Below, one piece after another: positions 1-13,799 of a stretch of 64,000 nucleotides of DNA (within the stretch, counting starts at the first letter, position 1; each line of letters starts with the position of its first letter). The notes beneath the pieces were generated by a model. That model searched no databases. It saw nothing but the letters and a program-made list of their open reading frames with translations, and was not told where the DNA came from. Source of the stretch: Acanthaster planci (Eukaryota); assembly GCF_001949145.1 (NCBI RefSeq), contig NW_019091359.1:400021-464020 (forward strand), written 5' to 3'. The position numbers and the translations under genes were made by a program.

Positions 1-256
1 CATGATATATGTTAGAGAAACTGCCAACAGACCGATTGCGCCCACTATGTCATGTGATCTATAGTGGGTATCAAACTTCAACAAAGATGGCGTCCTCCCA
101 TAGCAAAGTGCGTTTTAAGTGTTGTTCACCAAAACATCAGGCTGAATTTTGGTGTAGTGCTCAGCACATCAGTAGTCCGAGTACTTTTCTGACCGTCAGC
201 TTTATTTTTTGGTAATAATGACACTTAACGGGAGGGGGCTATGTTGGTGTTTGATA

Positions 257-605
257 CGCTGTAAAAACCAACGCCCATTGTAAATGCGTCTTTGCGGTAA
301 TAATTGGAAACATGTAACCGTTTGAAATTAAACACCTTTCAGGAAATAAGCGTGTTTCGGTGTTCAGAAAGTGTTACCTCCCGATAAAGGTGTTTTGTGT
401 CTTGTTATTAACAACCAAATGTGTCATTGTGTCTAAATTTTTTATCACATCAACACAACTTTGTTAGGAAATAAACACCACGACTTAACACCACGACGTG
501 TTTAGCTTTGGAAATTAAACACCACAACACGTTCATAAAGTGTTACCGGGAAGGCGTTTAAAGGCGTGGAAACACGAACACTGGTGTAATGATGAATTTT
601 GTGCC
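257..605. mobile_element. CACTG/EnSpm-like MITE, copy 1
   Basis: Starts TA|cgctgtaaaaac and carries many AACAC/GTGTT sub-terminal motifs in both orientations. About 270-555 aligns with the reverse complement of about 43058-43322 (e.g. gtcttgttattaacaaccaaatgtgtcattgt vs gtcttgttattaacactcaaatgtgccattgt). Right boundary approximate. Confidence 0.7.
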
Positions 606-2165
606 CCCAATTTAAAAAAAAAATCCTAACTCTCCCAAGAATTAGGTCACACAATTTCTAAGAAATGTGTGGGTTGCTTGGCAGCGCGCGTGAGCAATTG
701 GTAGTAGAACTTGCAACCAACCAAAAGAGTCCTTGAGAAGGAGTTGATAACTTCCCTAGCCAGTGACCTTCCACTTCACTTGGCTACTGGACTGAACAGA
801 GACAGTTCCGTTGTCTCGCTGTGTACTCTCCTTCCATCGAACCTGCCATACTTACAGATTCGTCCCTGACCTTTCCAGGTGAGTTTGATGATACTTTTGT
901 CTTACTTTTATGCCTAGATTGAAGTGTCTATTCTTATCTCAAAGTTTGGACCGAGTCACCATAGGTTAAGGAGAAGCCAGGAAAAAGTCGAATCAAAGAA
1001 TCTCCACCTTTTTGAGTCGTTTCTCCCATTTGAAGCAAGATATGGGACAGAGAGACTTCTAGGGGGGATGTGTTGGGTAACAATAGTTTGGAGTGTATAT
1101 AGGGATTGAACAGGTAAGAGTGGTGCCCCTCCGTCCCATATCTTGCCTGGTATAGTTTCTCCGACTTAAAGCACGACCCTCCCTCCACTATTGTACAAAA
1201 GAATAAAAGGCTTTACTGATGCTTTGAGATGAATCCATCATTTGTCCAGCGTTTGCTGGCTATGTACCCACGTACATGAAAGCTGCATTCCTGTCCCAAT
1301 TAAGCCGTTGAGTAACTCCTCGGCTGGGTGCACATGAAGTTACACAGACATGCAGTCGACACCATCGGTGTATGGCACGGTCCATATGGATTTACATCTG
1401 TTATTTAGTTGTTAGTTGTTGCAGAAATAAGCTAAATTTAAGTGAGCAAAGGCTATCGATATGACTGCAGGGAAATGGGGACCTTTTACACCACCAACAA
1501 ACAAGTTTCTCAAGTGACTGATTTGAGAACTGAAGTACACTGTCCCTTCAAATGAAGATTACGTTTACAACCTTGGAAATACATGTACATGCTTACTCCT
1601 TGAAATCTCTCAGTCACCAAAGGAAATTCTTCCGTTTGGAAAATACATACATTTGACATATATTCTCATTCATCTGGTAAGTATCATACGTAAGTTTCTA
1701 AACGATTAATCCGTTTTGCAAAATTGTACATGAATTGTGATTGACCGAAAGTAAAGTTGCTACAAATGAATTTAAAAATAAATACACAAAGAAAAGGGAT
1801 AAAAATTTATAAAAATTATACGTTACCATTAAATAAATATCTACGTTAAAATGAAAAAAAGATGAAATAAAATTAAAATGGATTAAAAAAGGGAAGGGAT
1901 ATGCAAAAGTGAAGCTAAAATTCAAAAGGTATGTAAAAATGAAGGAGACACATTAAAGACATTTATTATAGTGCAACGTAAGGAGCGGTTCGCTTTAGTT
2001 GAAAATCGCTAATCTCAACAGAAAACGTCAAATCTAAAAATTTGAGTGTTAACCGTATTGAACGTCTAAAACAATCTGCTTTATTGTTCAGAGCATTTCT
2101 TACGTTGTTTGACGTTGTCATTTAATGTCACAAGTGTTTGTTCTTTGTGTATCAAGTCGCTTTTG

Positions 2166-2243
2166 AAGAATGTCCACACTCTACATTCTTAAAACTGTAC
2201 ATTCTTTTTTAAAAATGTACAGTTAACTGTACATTCTTAAGAA
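2166..2243. repeat. Alternating inverted array of an AACTGTACATTCTT-like unit
   Basis: Perfect 22-bp palindrome aatgtacagttaactgtacatt at 2214-2235, a further copy aactgtacattctt at 2193-2206, and a degenerate aagaatgt...acattctt at 2166-2190. Confidence 0.75.
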
Positions 2244-3959
2244 TAATTGACACTTTACTGAATAGGGTGACGTCACAGGAGTGGTTTAAGTTAGTATCAT
2301 GTTGCGTTTCTTGATTGCAGTCATTGTAATTTTGGCTGAGAATTTTTCTAAGAGTAAAAGAATCATTTGTGCGTATCTTAACTTAAGCCAAAGTCCACTT
2401 TCTCGAAGTTCTATCTATATTGACATCTGTTTAAGATTCTGTTGTCCCCAGATACAAATACCCTTTCCTTTGCGATATGTTCCAAGATTTTGTTCAAAAA
2501 CTCTGACTCCATGCCCCTCCGAATTGGATGAATTTAACTCACAATTGGGTTCCCTTGATTCGAAAGTTTGCCATTTTCATTCGAGACACGTCTGGTGACT
2601 CTAGTCCAAATTCAGTAGGCCTAAGACCTAATTTACAAGAACAATCTCTTAGGATTCCTTGTACAATATTATTTTCCATTAACGCATGATGGATTACTTT
2701 TATGTAATCATGTTCTCTTGACCAAAGTGAAGAGGGGGATATTTCCTCCTGTGCAGAGTCTGTAAATTCATAACATTTCCTTCTGTTTGATTACTTGATA
2801 AGTTTTAATCGTTTGACTTGACTCATTGTTAATAAGTTCTCATATGTTCGGTAGTAATAGTTCTTTATTTCTTTCTCATACCCAAATGTTTAATCTTTTG
2901 ATATGTGTACTCGTTTTGGTTCAATTCAGTTTGATTGCTCGGGACTTTGAAATTTTGATGTTTAATTTTTAACTAACTTTTACTTCCTGAGTATGATTCT
3001 CATAATATGCCCGCTACACTTGTTTTTACGGTGTACCCACTATAGGTCACGTGACTTAGTGGGCGCAATCGGTCTATTCAGGCGATTTATCAGGTAAACG
3101 TGAACCTTTCTAAATAGTTTTTGATACAGTGCGATTACTCTATATTTCCTATGCCTGTCTGGACTTCGCCAAGTCTCAGTCTACCCCAAAACACACTGCT
3201 GAGGAAACGACAAAATTCATTCCTGGCTCCTTTTGTGGTGTTAACAGTGTCACTTGTAACAATAACTGAACGACTACTTTCCGTGTTTACACCGTGCTAC
3301 CACATGTTGTTTCCAAAGCCCATAAAACACAGCAAAGCGCATTTTTACAATAAAAAAATCCGCACCTGCATTGCACGGTGTTTTGATAGGCCCCCTACCT
3401 ATTAAAATGATTCGTAGTCAACCAGCAAATTATTATTACTTGTGGGGAATTGATCTGATGAACATAGGCCTACATTGGAAAGATCTGAACACACGCTGCT
3501 TAATATTTCATTTAAATTACGTTATTACGGAAACGTAGTAATGCTTGGGTTTAGTTTTAGTTTGTTGGTCTGTATTGTCCATTCTTTCAGGGTTTCCCTA
3601 AATAGGAGAAATTTTACGAATGCTTTTCACGCCCATTACCAAGTTGTTTATACTATACTACCAGAGAAAGGCCGATATACTGACTTTTTGACAAGCACCA
3701 GCCAAGCAGTTTACTCATCTAAAGGGAATCAGTTGATAGCGGCCACTGATGTCCTTGAACAAACGTAATCCGTGTCACAGACTCCCACCTTATGGTTCTG
3801 TAGTATGTCATTCTAACCCGGAACCAGACTTGAAATGCATTTCTCAGTGAGAGTTGTACTGATGTTTGGCGACTCGACTTCGAGTCCCAACGTATAAATG
3901 ACTCCGGAGTACACACAATCTGTTAAATTAACACTGGAATTATTCAACTCTGTTGACCT

Positions 3960-4660
3960 TTGGAAGAGACACGATATCATCGCAAAAGCAATATCTTAGA
4001 AGGAAGAAGGTGGCCGTTCGTCATCAGTATCACCGCCCTATCCATAACTTAGGCACTGGAGGAGGCGGCAGCCACTGTCAGAGACTCGTGCGTAATTTTA
4101 AGCCGTAGCTTTGGATATGGCAATGGTATGTACACTATATAACCAATAAATACTGTTCGCATGATCCTGGGCCCACCATCGACAAGTAATACATAATGTG
4201 CTGTACATTCGTTGACCAGAATGGGGAGTTAGCCTACATACAACGCTCTGGGCTTCCCATTCAGAATTTTGAGAATGCCGGGCTTGGATCCAGCGATACG
4301 GAGATCGTATACCAACGATTACGTGAATCAAACTTAAGCATTTGAAGGCCTTTATTGTGGAATGAAAGCCAGGCACTTAGTAAGTGCGAGTCAGGAAACT
4401 GCAACTCGGCCATTTAGACAAGCATCATCAGATAATCTGCACCACAGAACGTCAGCGAACGTCATTGGTCAAGTTTGCTGATCGATACTCCAGAATGTTG
4501 CAAACCATGTACCGATCGGTAACCATGTACCAATGGGTACTTGGTTTATATTCTTACAATAATATTATTTCAGCTGACAGTCATCGACCAATCTACGGCT
4601 TTAGTCTCTTATCCCAAGAATGGCTCTGATTGCATGGCACTAGGGCCTCGAAAATTTGCA
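3960..4660 (-). pseudogene. Degraded non-LTR retrotransposon (CR1/L2/RTE-like) reverse transcriptase fragment
   Basis: Motif remnants in the expected order on the minus strand: NFR(G)P (~4656), HGYR (~4527), KAF..GIRSPYRWI..QSVV (ORF 4098-4376), ggtgggcccaggatca resembling GVPQGS (~4170), and frameshifted KILL-F-ADD-like cttttgcgatgat (~3985). Spacing is imperfect and several indels are needed. Confidence 0.42.
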
Positions 4661-7600
4661 TATGTGTTCGTCAAACTGTCATTCATTGGGTGCACTCACA
4701 GCCCATGATCAACTTTGTATTAAATGATACCATTCTCGGCACGGAGACAGCATTTCCAAGTTTATTCGGATATTCTGTAAACTTATCTTGGTGTTAACGG
4801 GCACTGACTTTTTTGCATAATGAATTTTCATGATCCCGAACGTCATGGTCTTTGTTGAGAGTAAGGATACATGTAAATGCTGCAGACCTTGCTGACACGA
4901 TATAGTCTCAATAAAAGCCTGGCTCTAAAATCGTCAGTGCGGTGCAGAGTCGGTAAGTACGCCTGGGTGGCCAATTGCACTCATCACAACAACCGCTAAC
5001 CGAATAACAGTGCTCCTTTTTGCTGATGTTATTTTGACGGCGATCAAGTGGCCTTGCGCGGGAGTCTGGATTCTGCCAGTCTTCAGCGCTTCAACTGTTT
5101 AAAAAATTGATTTGCGGTTTGGGCGCACATGTCTGGTATACAGACATTTGGCCGTGGGGGCCCCTCGATACACGCCATGTTACCAGTTCATAATGCCTGT
5201 ATCGTCTGCAACATCGACTCCCTCGCCGGGGGCGAGGTTTAATCGTTACAGTTCGCGCCTGGTTTTACACCGTCAGACACTGGTCTCTCAGCATGGCTAG
5301 TTGGATGAGCGGGGCATTACGAACAACCCCAAATAATATGTACACGTACATTAATCGTCTGAATGCCAAGTTGTGCTATAGTTAGCCTCGAATCAATAGT
5401 GTTCCACGTAAGAAGAGACTGCTTGGTAATCGGCCGTAATAAGAACAGAACTTGGGAGCAGCCAATTCAGTGCATTAGACTAGACTCGATTCAAGCCGGT
5501 ACTGCCATGAAAATGACCTGATGTCATGCACCCCATCTATGGCATGCTCTTTCGAAGGATACTGAAACTTACTATGTACCTCGTGGGGGCTTATAGCTGC
5601 ACATGAATATTTCATGCATGGATCATGTCGACTTGAAACAAGCCTGTTCGGTAGTTCCCCACACAGAGGCTGTAGGTAGCGCTAAAGAGTAAATGGGAAA
5701 ACACTGAAAACCCGAAACAAGAAAGAAAAGGAAATGTGCCAGTTTAGTACTTCCAACTTGAAAAGCCAAGGTCTTTCGGGAACAATGCGCGCGCGGGATT
5801 CAGCGCATGGCACATAGTTTTTCCTGATGATAGCCTTGCACTGAGCGTGCGCTGTTGGAATACCGAACTGGCGCATGGAGCTGGAGCGACATGGTGGCGC
5901 ACCAAATTTTTAATTTTTTTTCTAGCTCCATCATCGGTTTACTTTGAAGGCTTCTGTGTGCCACATCTTATCTGATATTAAATTTTTGTCCAATTTGGAG
6001 TCTTGTTGATATTTATGTTAATGACAATTTGTATATATGTAAGAGCAAAAGAGTTTCTTCTAACAAGGCCGAAAGTTTTAGTGTTACAGTGCTGGAATAT
6101 ATCTAAGTATTTTGTGCGTCTAAACTTACGCTTGCTTTGATGATTTGTTTTTTTAGTTCAATACAGTCAGCTAGAGACAAGTTTTCAAACAAATGTTTCA
6201 GTGAACACATTTTGGGCTCACAACTTAAACAATAAAAATCCCCAAATGAACAGTCTTTTCCTGTTTTGACATCACAAAAGTTTAACCGTTGACGAAAGTT
6301 TCAATGTAATCAAAAGGGACTATAAATAAACAGGACCTAGTTTTCTAGAATTAGAGAGGTTAAAGAAGGAGAAAGTTGGCCCAAAACGCGATACTAAGTG
6401 AAATCCACATCAATGCCCCATTTATGTTGTATTTTGTGCCTTGAATATGACAGTAGATTGTCATACGTCAGAGGCAGATACCTTAGCGGACCAGGAAGGT
6501 ATGAGGTTAACCCCATCAAAACACAACAACGTGAAGAAATACATATTATATCATTCGCCACAAAGTACATGTCTTCAGATCCCGCAAGAAGTCAATTATG
6601 CAAGACGATGCGATTGAAAAAGATGGCGTGTCAAAAGTCCATAAAGGCTCGACAGCTTTCCGCTCCATTCTGTTCGCGCCGCTAAAATGGCACGAAAATA
6701 GTTTAAGGGAAAAATATGAATAAAATTGAGAACTTTAATTATTTACGACATCAATATGCGCCTCAACAGCTGTGGTTGTCCAACCATGGCACCGTTGGGC
6801 TGTGGGATGAGACAGGGAAACAGGTGGCGCTAATCTGTCCCTGACAGGAGTCAAAAATGTATGCATAAATATTGCCGAGGTGTGAAGGCTGAATTAAAAC
6901 ACCATTAGTCTCCTTTTTTGTTTCTCCTTGTCGTCCTGTACTCCCAGTTAAATAATGTGTGCTTTTGTCGCACGTGTGATACACGCAGAGGGCGGTTTAC
7001 AAATGACCCGCAGGGGAGCAAGCGTTTCATCACTCCAGCGCACTTTCTCTGGCAGAGGGTATCTGTGAATGCCCCAGAGTGGTCATTCCGGGGTTCGCAG
7101 GTCCTTAGATGGAAATGAAGTTGGAAACACTATTGTGGTGAGAGTGGTACCAACATATGTGCCTCGGCATTAGCAAACGAGTCATTTTTGCATAAGATAC
7201 TCATATGATCTCATGATTGCAAAAGACCACGTGACCGTGGAACACTTGAAATAAATGCAGTCTTAACCTTTGGGTTGTAACGTTACATACCACAGAATAA
7301 ATCGCTGTCGCCAATGAGAAATATACCCTAAATTAAAACAAAAACAAAACCAAAAAAATATCAACTTCCCAAAATGAACATGAAACACACGGAACACAAT
7401 TAGTATCATATTCCCCATGTACTTTCTTTCCAAAGTAGCGCAGGAGCTCGCCACCATTTTGAAACATCATCTGTCCACTTCACTGCAAAATAGAACAAAT
7501 TTCAAAGAGATCTTGCCGTCCAAATATTGAAACATATGACAGTTCCAAGCCAGATGCAGGCCGCAGATCTGGGACCACAAACTTCTACTAACCTTCAAGT

Positions 7601-8069
7601 GTCCAGGTCACGAAATGGTGTAAAGTGTTAGAAACAAAGAAATAGGGGGAAACCCAGACAAGTTTAGACCATTTACTGTCGTGCAACCACAGTGGCTTCA
7701 AAATATTACAGTGTCTGTGAAAAGATTTATTATGATCTCAGGTCAATTTACATAGATTGATCCTAACACTTAAGCGAATTGAGTGTTCCACTGCCGTAAG
7801 GACATTCAATTTCTCAATATAATATGATGCAACCCAATAATGAATAGTAACCTGGTTAAAAATACAATTCAGGCGCAAATACGAAGTATGAATGGATGAT
7901 TCATTAAAATCTTGGTGATGAAAATAGAAGGTACGATAATGTCTGACCTTTGAACTAGAAACAGAAAGCAGGAATTTGCTTTGTGCCCTGTCATACTGTG
8001 CGCAGTTCACGCAATGTAGTTGAATGATTCGGTCAAGGCAAGAAAGGAAGAGAAAGTTTCATGTATCAG

Positions 8070-8860
8070 CTAGCAAGCCGTGAATCAGCACCTTTAAAAG
8101 CCAAACGCCTTGAGCTTTGATGCGGTCCAACGAGCCAAACAACCGGCGCGCCATTGCTATTCAGGCAAGTGCCATTGTGTTTCACACTGTCACACCTCGG
8201 CACCGAGGCGGTCGAAGCATGCGACCGGCTTAACACGCAGGTCTTGCCCGCTTCCATCTCCCTCCGACTCCCTCCTTACAGTCAACAAATCCTATCAAGA
8301 GGAGGGCACACCTCACATCTGAGATCCCCCCTTCCCCTGGGAGCAGGAACAAGTGTCGGAGTGCGCCCCCCGGCAAGCCACGCTTGCCTCGCGGTGCTCC
8401 CACCTCCGCTTTTAATCACTTTCGGCGGGAAAGAGATACCAGGGTGCGAAGACTCCAAATGAGCTTATGCAAAATACATCTCGGTGTTTTGTGGAGGGGG
8501 AAAGAGAGATAGGTTTTGATTTGAGCCGGGTAGCCCCAAGCGTTGTTTCTCTACTCCTTAGAGGCTGTCCGCGGCGGCTTGCAAGCGAGCGATGCCACAG
8601 ACACGAAGCCAACAAAAATGAAGAGTGAGCTTGAGGAAACGGCTGATGAATACTCAAGTGATCTCCTCGTTCAAGTTCCCGCCAAAAACAGGAGAGAGAA
8701 TTTGTACAGTCCTGGCCATTGATTTCTCTCCCCGGCTCCAGTATGAACGGGAGAGAAAAAATGTCAAGGGGCGTTCAGTTGGAAATGATTTCTTCGCCTG
8801 CCTGATTGTTCTACGAGAGAGAGAAAAAAATCATACACTCGGTCGGGCGGGATAATTTAA
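8070..8860. promoter_or_regulatory. GC/CpG-rich non-coding block, candidate cis-regulatory module
   Basis: GC- and CpG-rich against AT-rich flanks, with no credible ORF and no TIRs. Function is inferred. Confidence 0.3.
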
Positions 8861-10967
8861 AGGAAGGATTTGTAGCAATTCTGGCGACAGATTTTGACGA
8901 TGCTCATCGTAGCATAGTCAAATGACTTGACTCAGACTGGTCGCTCACTGACAACGGAGCGTAATGATCATTGCGCATACACGCCGAAGTAATTGCGATT
9001 TTCCCTCAGACCTTCATGACGATTTCCCCACAGAAGATGAAAAACTATATAGCGTTACCGGAGTTGAAACAATATCTCACAAATATTGACATTAAAAATG
9101 TACACTGGAGTGTGTTGTTATTCACGGTTGCCCAAAGATGCGAAGAGAATCGATAGTCGTATTTTGCATGCTTCGGATGAATCGGTATGTAGACGGAACT
9201 AATGCTCAGGGTACCGAATAATATACTCTCGGAGTTGAACTCAGAGGAAATAACTTTGAATAATGTACCTTAACTACATATCTCCTGGGCTTGGTTGGCG
9301 ATGAATGAAACCCACTGTGTAATCAAACGTCCCATAGTCCGCCTTACAATCTAACCATCATTTCAGCCAACCACAGTTTTGATTTTTTGGGGGGTTCTTT
9401 TTGTTCCAATCAATGAGTGTACTCGATTGGGCTCAAATGTCACATGATCTAGCTGGCCCTGTATTTAACTCAACATGGGCTAAAGTTGGCTCTTCAAATC
9501 TGAATACTAATTTCCTCTTTGAATCACCTAGCCATTTATACTAGTATCATGTGACTATCCAGGTCCAACATGGCTGATCTCAGATGAACAGTGGATTGGA
9601 CTATGATTGGACTGGGGATTCTGTACATGAGGATGCAGGTTGATTTTAGATCCCACTCCTCCAATAGCAACCACTCCTGAGCAAGGTCATAGTAATTACA
9701 AGACCGGTTGTGATGTGAAATAAACACCGCGAGTCTGGTAAATCATGGGGAAACTGAAGGTGACGAACTTTTGCAGGCAGGTTTTCACGTTTTTTGCTGA
9801 CGTCAGTGCATAAAGGTCAACAGCGCAGCCCAACCTGTTCGTTTCGGTTATTCCTTTGCTTTTTTTCACAGGTTTTGTAACAGAACTGAATTGTCGGTAC
9901 TAGCGGGAAAATAGCAAGTGTGCTGGCATCACAAAACCTGCAAAGACTTGGTCCAAAAAGGAACTAAAAATTGTGCATATTCGCCGTTATAGTGTTGCTG
10001 TTCGGTATATAATGCTGGGATTAACGACGCACAACTCTCCAAAATCATTTATGCCCTTTTACCCTCACAGGGGCCGCCCACCGCCTCTGAAAGGGATGTG
10101 ATGGTGATACACACAAAAGCTAACACCTTTATTTCATTTAGTCACAGCTCTTGGCGGATGAAATTATGTATGACCGTGATCTCTTCGTCTGGGTCCCGCC
10201 GATAATTCCGTCATTGGTTCAATTCAGCTGCTCTGCTGCACGGCCGGCCGGCGACATCGTCTCAGAGAAAGCAAGCAAGCAGCTCTGATATCTCTTTCTT
10301 TTGATTCAATTATCAGGTTTCCCCCTTACCCGGATACTTATGATGGTGAACGCTTATTTGTTCAACTGTGTGTTGGCAACGTGACTCCCTGGCCGTTTTC
10401 AGCGGGGCTGACCCGCGCGGGTGTCACGAAGCCCACACACGGCCGACGCTTTGCAGTTGACTCAGAGCTCGCCTCACTGCCTAAGACCATTTTTCCTGTC
10501 TCGGCAATGTCTTTCTCTTTGCCCAAATTTACCACAAACATTTACTTTTCGTGGCTTATTATCATGACTCGAAGCTCCGATTGTGACACTCTCTTCTTGA
10601 GGTGAAAGTAAAATCGCCTATAATTGTTTGCCGTCTGACACGTAGGAGTCTCGTCGACACACGATCACTTATAGATCTGTTGACCACCCTGCGCAATCTA
10701 TTGACCTTATTAATACCACTCACGAAATTCGCTGGTATCCTGCATTGCTGTGATGAATGAAACTAGTGTGCCAAGTGTATTTATGTTGATCGTCATCGAG
10801 ATGCCCACTTGCTTTAAAAAAAGTCTTTCTATAGGGAATTTAAAAACAAGCGCCGTGCTGAAGACCGAAAGTTTGAGCTTTCAAAATTTACATCTAAATT
10901 TTATATAAAACAAAGTCTTCATTGATATTTAGTTTAATTTAATGATAATTTTATACTGGATGTTACC

Positions 10968-11746
10968 CATAGAGCTCCATCCAGTTCGTGAGTGTGACGT
11001 CACTTCAGTTTAAACCACGACCACTGCACATAGAATTACATGGAACCATGGACCGGAAGTTAACGCGCAATTAGTCCGCCTTTGTGACGAAGTCACTTAC
11101 GAACCGGATAAAATAGCTTGAGTGCGCGCTCCGTATTCTACGTAGGCCTACGTGGTACTCGTGTGCCGACATGGACGCGCAGCAGCCAATGCCAATGCCA
11201 ATGCCAATGCCGTGTCCGAAACGGGCTTCCAGAGCTACGGATAGGTCTATTGTCTACGCATCTTCACGCATTTCCAATGGAGGGAAGACCTAGACCTAGC
11301 TCTAGACAAGAGATTCGGATGCAGCCTAAAAGTGCCCGGAAGTAATATAACCACGTGCTGCGTTTAAACAGGTTTCGCAGCAACCAGAATGTGATTCTGT
11401 GACGTGTATCAGTACGTATCACATGTTGCGAGCAATAAGTGTGACGTCACTTCAGTTTAAACCACGCCCACTGCACACGTGCACCGCACATAGGGCTACA
11501 TATTGATCGCCGTTTACATGGAACCATGGAACCGGCAGTTAACGCGCAACTTCAGCGATTTGCAAATGAGAGCCTGCAAATCGTGGCGCGTCCGCCTTTG
11601 TGACGAAGTCGCTTACGAACTGGATACGAGCACCGCGTGCAGGCGCGCACCTGGAATATTTGAATTTTTCCAAGGTGGCAATAGCAGTCGTTACTTTGAG
11701 TCACGCGACGAGTACGCACTCCAAGTTTTTTTTATAGAGCGCTATG
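10968..11746. mobile_element. MITE with CATAG...CTATG termini and 8-bp TSD (P-element/hAT-like)
   Basis: Left end catagagctccat matches the reverse complement of right end atagagcgctatg at 11/13. Flanks atgttacc (10960-10967) and gtgttacc (11747-11754) match at 7/8. Internal direct repeat at 10991-11110 and 11438-11626. Confidence 0.8.
11185..11211 (+). repeat. (GCCAAT)4.5 tandem repeat inside the MITE
   Basis: gccaatgccaatgccaatgccaatgcc read directly. Confidence 0.9.
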
Positions 11747-13277
11747 GTGTTACCCTTACACTGACGTCGCTTGGAGGGTTAAACCTGGCATAAAACAAAG
11801 ATTTGTTAGTTATTTTCCAACACTTATTTCATCTTTTCATTTCATTCATTTTGGTGATCCTGTCTATGTAGTTTGAGGGGGAACTGTCAGATATCATCCA
11901 AAATCGGCGTACAGGTTTTAAACAGTTTCAGTTTAATCTTGATAATAAGCTCCTTATGAAAAATGGAAAAAGGATGCAAATCTTATGTTACGGGGTTTTT
12001 TTTGCAAATCCTCAAAATTCCTTATTATTTTATTACAAATTATCCAGCCAACCCGATAATTATTCCGTCCAAAAAATAATGACCAGAAAGTCAGAAACCC
12101 TTGTTTCAGCCGTAGAATTGTTCGACCTAAATTGGACCCTTCAAACAGTCTGCAATAGACACAGTAGGCCATAGTGGCTGAATAAAAACAGTGTTTGCTG
12201 AAAGAATACAGCGCATAGCGATTTGCGCAATGAGAGAGCATCACGCGCAACGAACCGGTCCTAATTCAGCTAGAGAAACAAAATCACTTGCGTGTTACGG
12301 CAGAGGATGAAACCCCTAAATCCCTCTACTTGTGTTTGTCCAAATAACCATAATGAACCTGGGATCGGAGTATTAATGGCATTACATGGAGCCAATAACA
12401 GTTTTAACTGGCGACCGTCCCGGCCACCCGTCATGATTATTAGCACGCAATGGGCTTTTCCCGCGTTCGAGCTCAGTCGCCAAACGAAACAAAAAGCGCG
12501 CGCTGATCCGGCGGGCTCGTCCGCGGATTTACGCTCCACTTGGCGCGATTTTTCTCCTCCCTCGCTGTAAAGTGCCACACTTTTTTTGGCCAGTGTTAAT
12601 GACTTTGCAGACGATCATCCTGGTGGGGCTGTCTGCACCGTCTAGCCGATGTTATTATTTTTGGGCTTAGCCGAACGGGAAAACCCATTCGGACGATGAT
12701 CCGACTGACTATAATAGAATCGATGGTTTATTTGCTTTGCCAAATTAAATGACGCTTCCTTATGTGTGACGTCACGGCAGCTGGAATTTTGGTTGCGAGT
12801 TTTATTTCATGTCATAACAGTTGTGGCCCGTTGTCTGCATGAATTTGGATCTGAAGGGTACACAATTCGTGCTGGAATAGCTAATCGAAAGGACCTTTGG
12901 TAGGGAATATTCGATGAGCGTCGTGTGCCCAAAAAGAGTACAAATGAAACCAAAAAATCTTTGATTTTCCAGGCACGGGCACAAAGTTTGTGAAATTACA
13001 GGGTGTTCTCGTCTTTCAATGACAGACACAGGGATCAGTTGAAAACGACGATCAGTGGTCCACCACTGAGGTTAAAGAGAAGGCACGAAAACACAATCCC
13101 GACTCCGACTAGTACCGCTATGTTTTCTGAAGGAAATAACCTTTCCCCGCTGCCGACTGAATTTGCAACAGCCAGCGCACATTTAGCCGAAATACGCAGA
13201 GTAGAAATCATTTCTCAATTTGCAGTCAAAGAACGAGGGTTAAGGTGTCAGATGCCACCAGGCATTAATTTCTGTAG

Positions 13278-13304
13278 NNNNNNNNNNNNNNNNNNNNNNN
13301 NNNN
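13278..13304. other. Assembly gap (27 N)
   Basis: N run. Confidence 0.98.
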
Positions 13305-13799
13305 TTTTCCCATCGTCGCCATAGCCGTGGGGTAAGTAGCACGGATAATACTCATTATTAATGTACACGTAGGTCAATGGGACTTGGCCTACAGGCAATT
13401 ATTATGCGGTGACTGTATTCAATGCACGATGCGCCTTGAGAGGGTCGCGAAACATCGCACTGTCACATTATTGGTAGAATGAATGATTCAACATCACGCG
13501 AGAGCTGAGGTTGCTGCAAGCATAATGATATGTGGAATTCCAAAGTAGAGGGCGCTTCAAAGAAGACACGCAATACGGTTGTAAAATTATTGTCAGTAGC
13601 TGGAGTTTGCCATTACAATTACGTCAGCTTTTGTGGTGCGTTGTGTACACGATGCGTTCATGCGTTTCACGTTCACGGACACAAAAATCGACTCCATATA
13701 TCACAGCACACGTCCCTTCCCATATGTACGCATGCGTTGCGCATGCGTTGCGTGTGCGTTGCGATCGGCCATCAAGATGGCCACTGGGAGCGATCTTGA

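Larger units (their letters stand above)
28..3076. mobile_element. Non-autonomous TIR DNA transposon (TAG...CTA-type ends, Academ-like) with nested insertions
   Basis: 29-70 (agaccgattgcgcccactatgtcatgtgatctatagtgggta) matches the reverse complement of 3034-3075 at 39/42 nt. The right end reads ...cggtcta. No TSD recognised; superfamily inferred from the terminus only. Confidence 0.7.

Noticed and set aside
711..803. KRVLEKELITSL...GLNRD, resembling the Penelope GIY-YIG C-terminus
   Set aside because: Too short, has an in-frame stop just upstream, and no other GIY-YIG or RT motifs were seen. Needs an HMM search.
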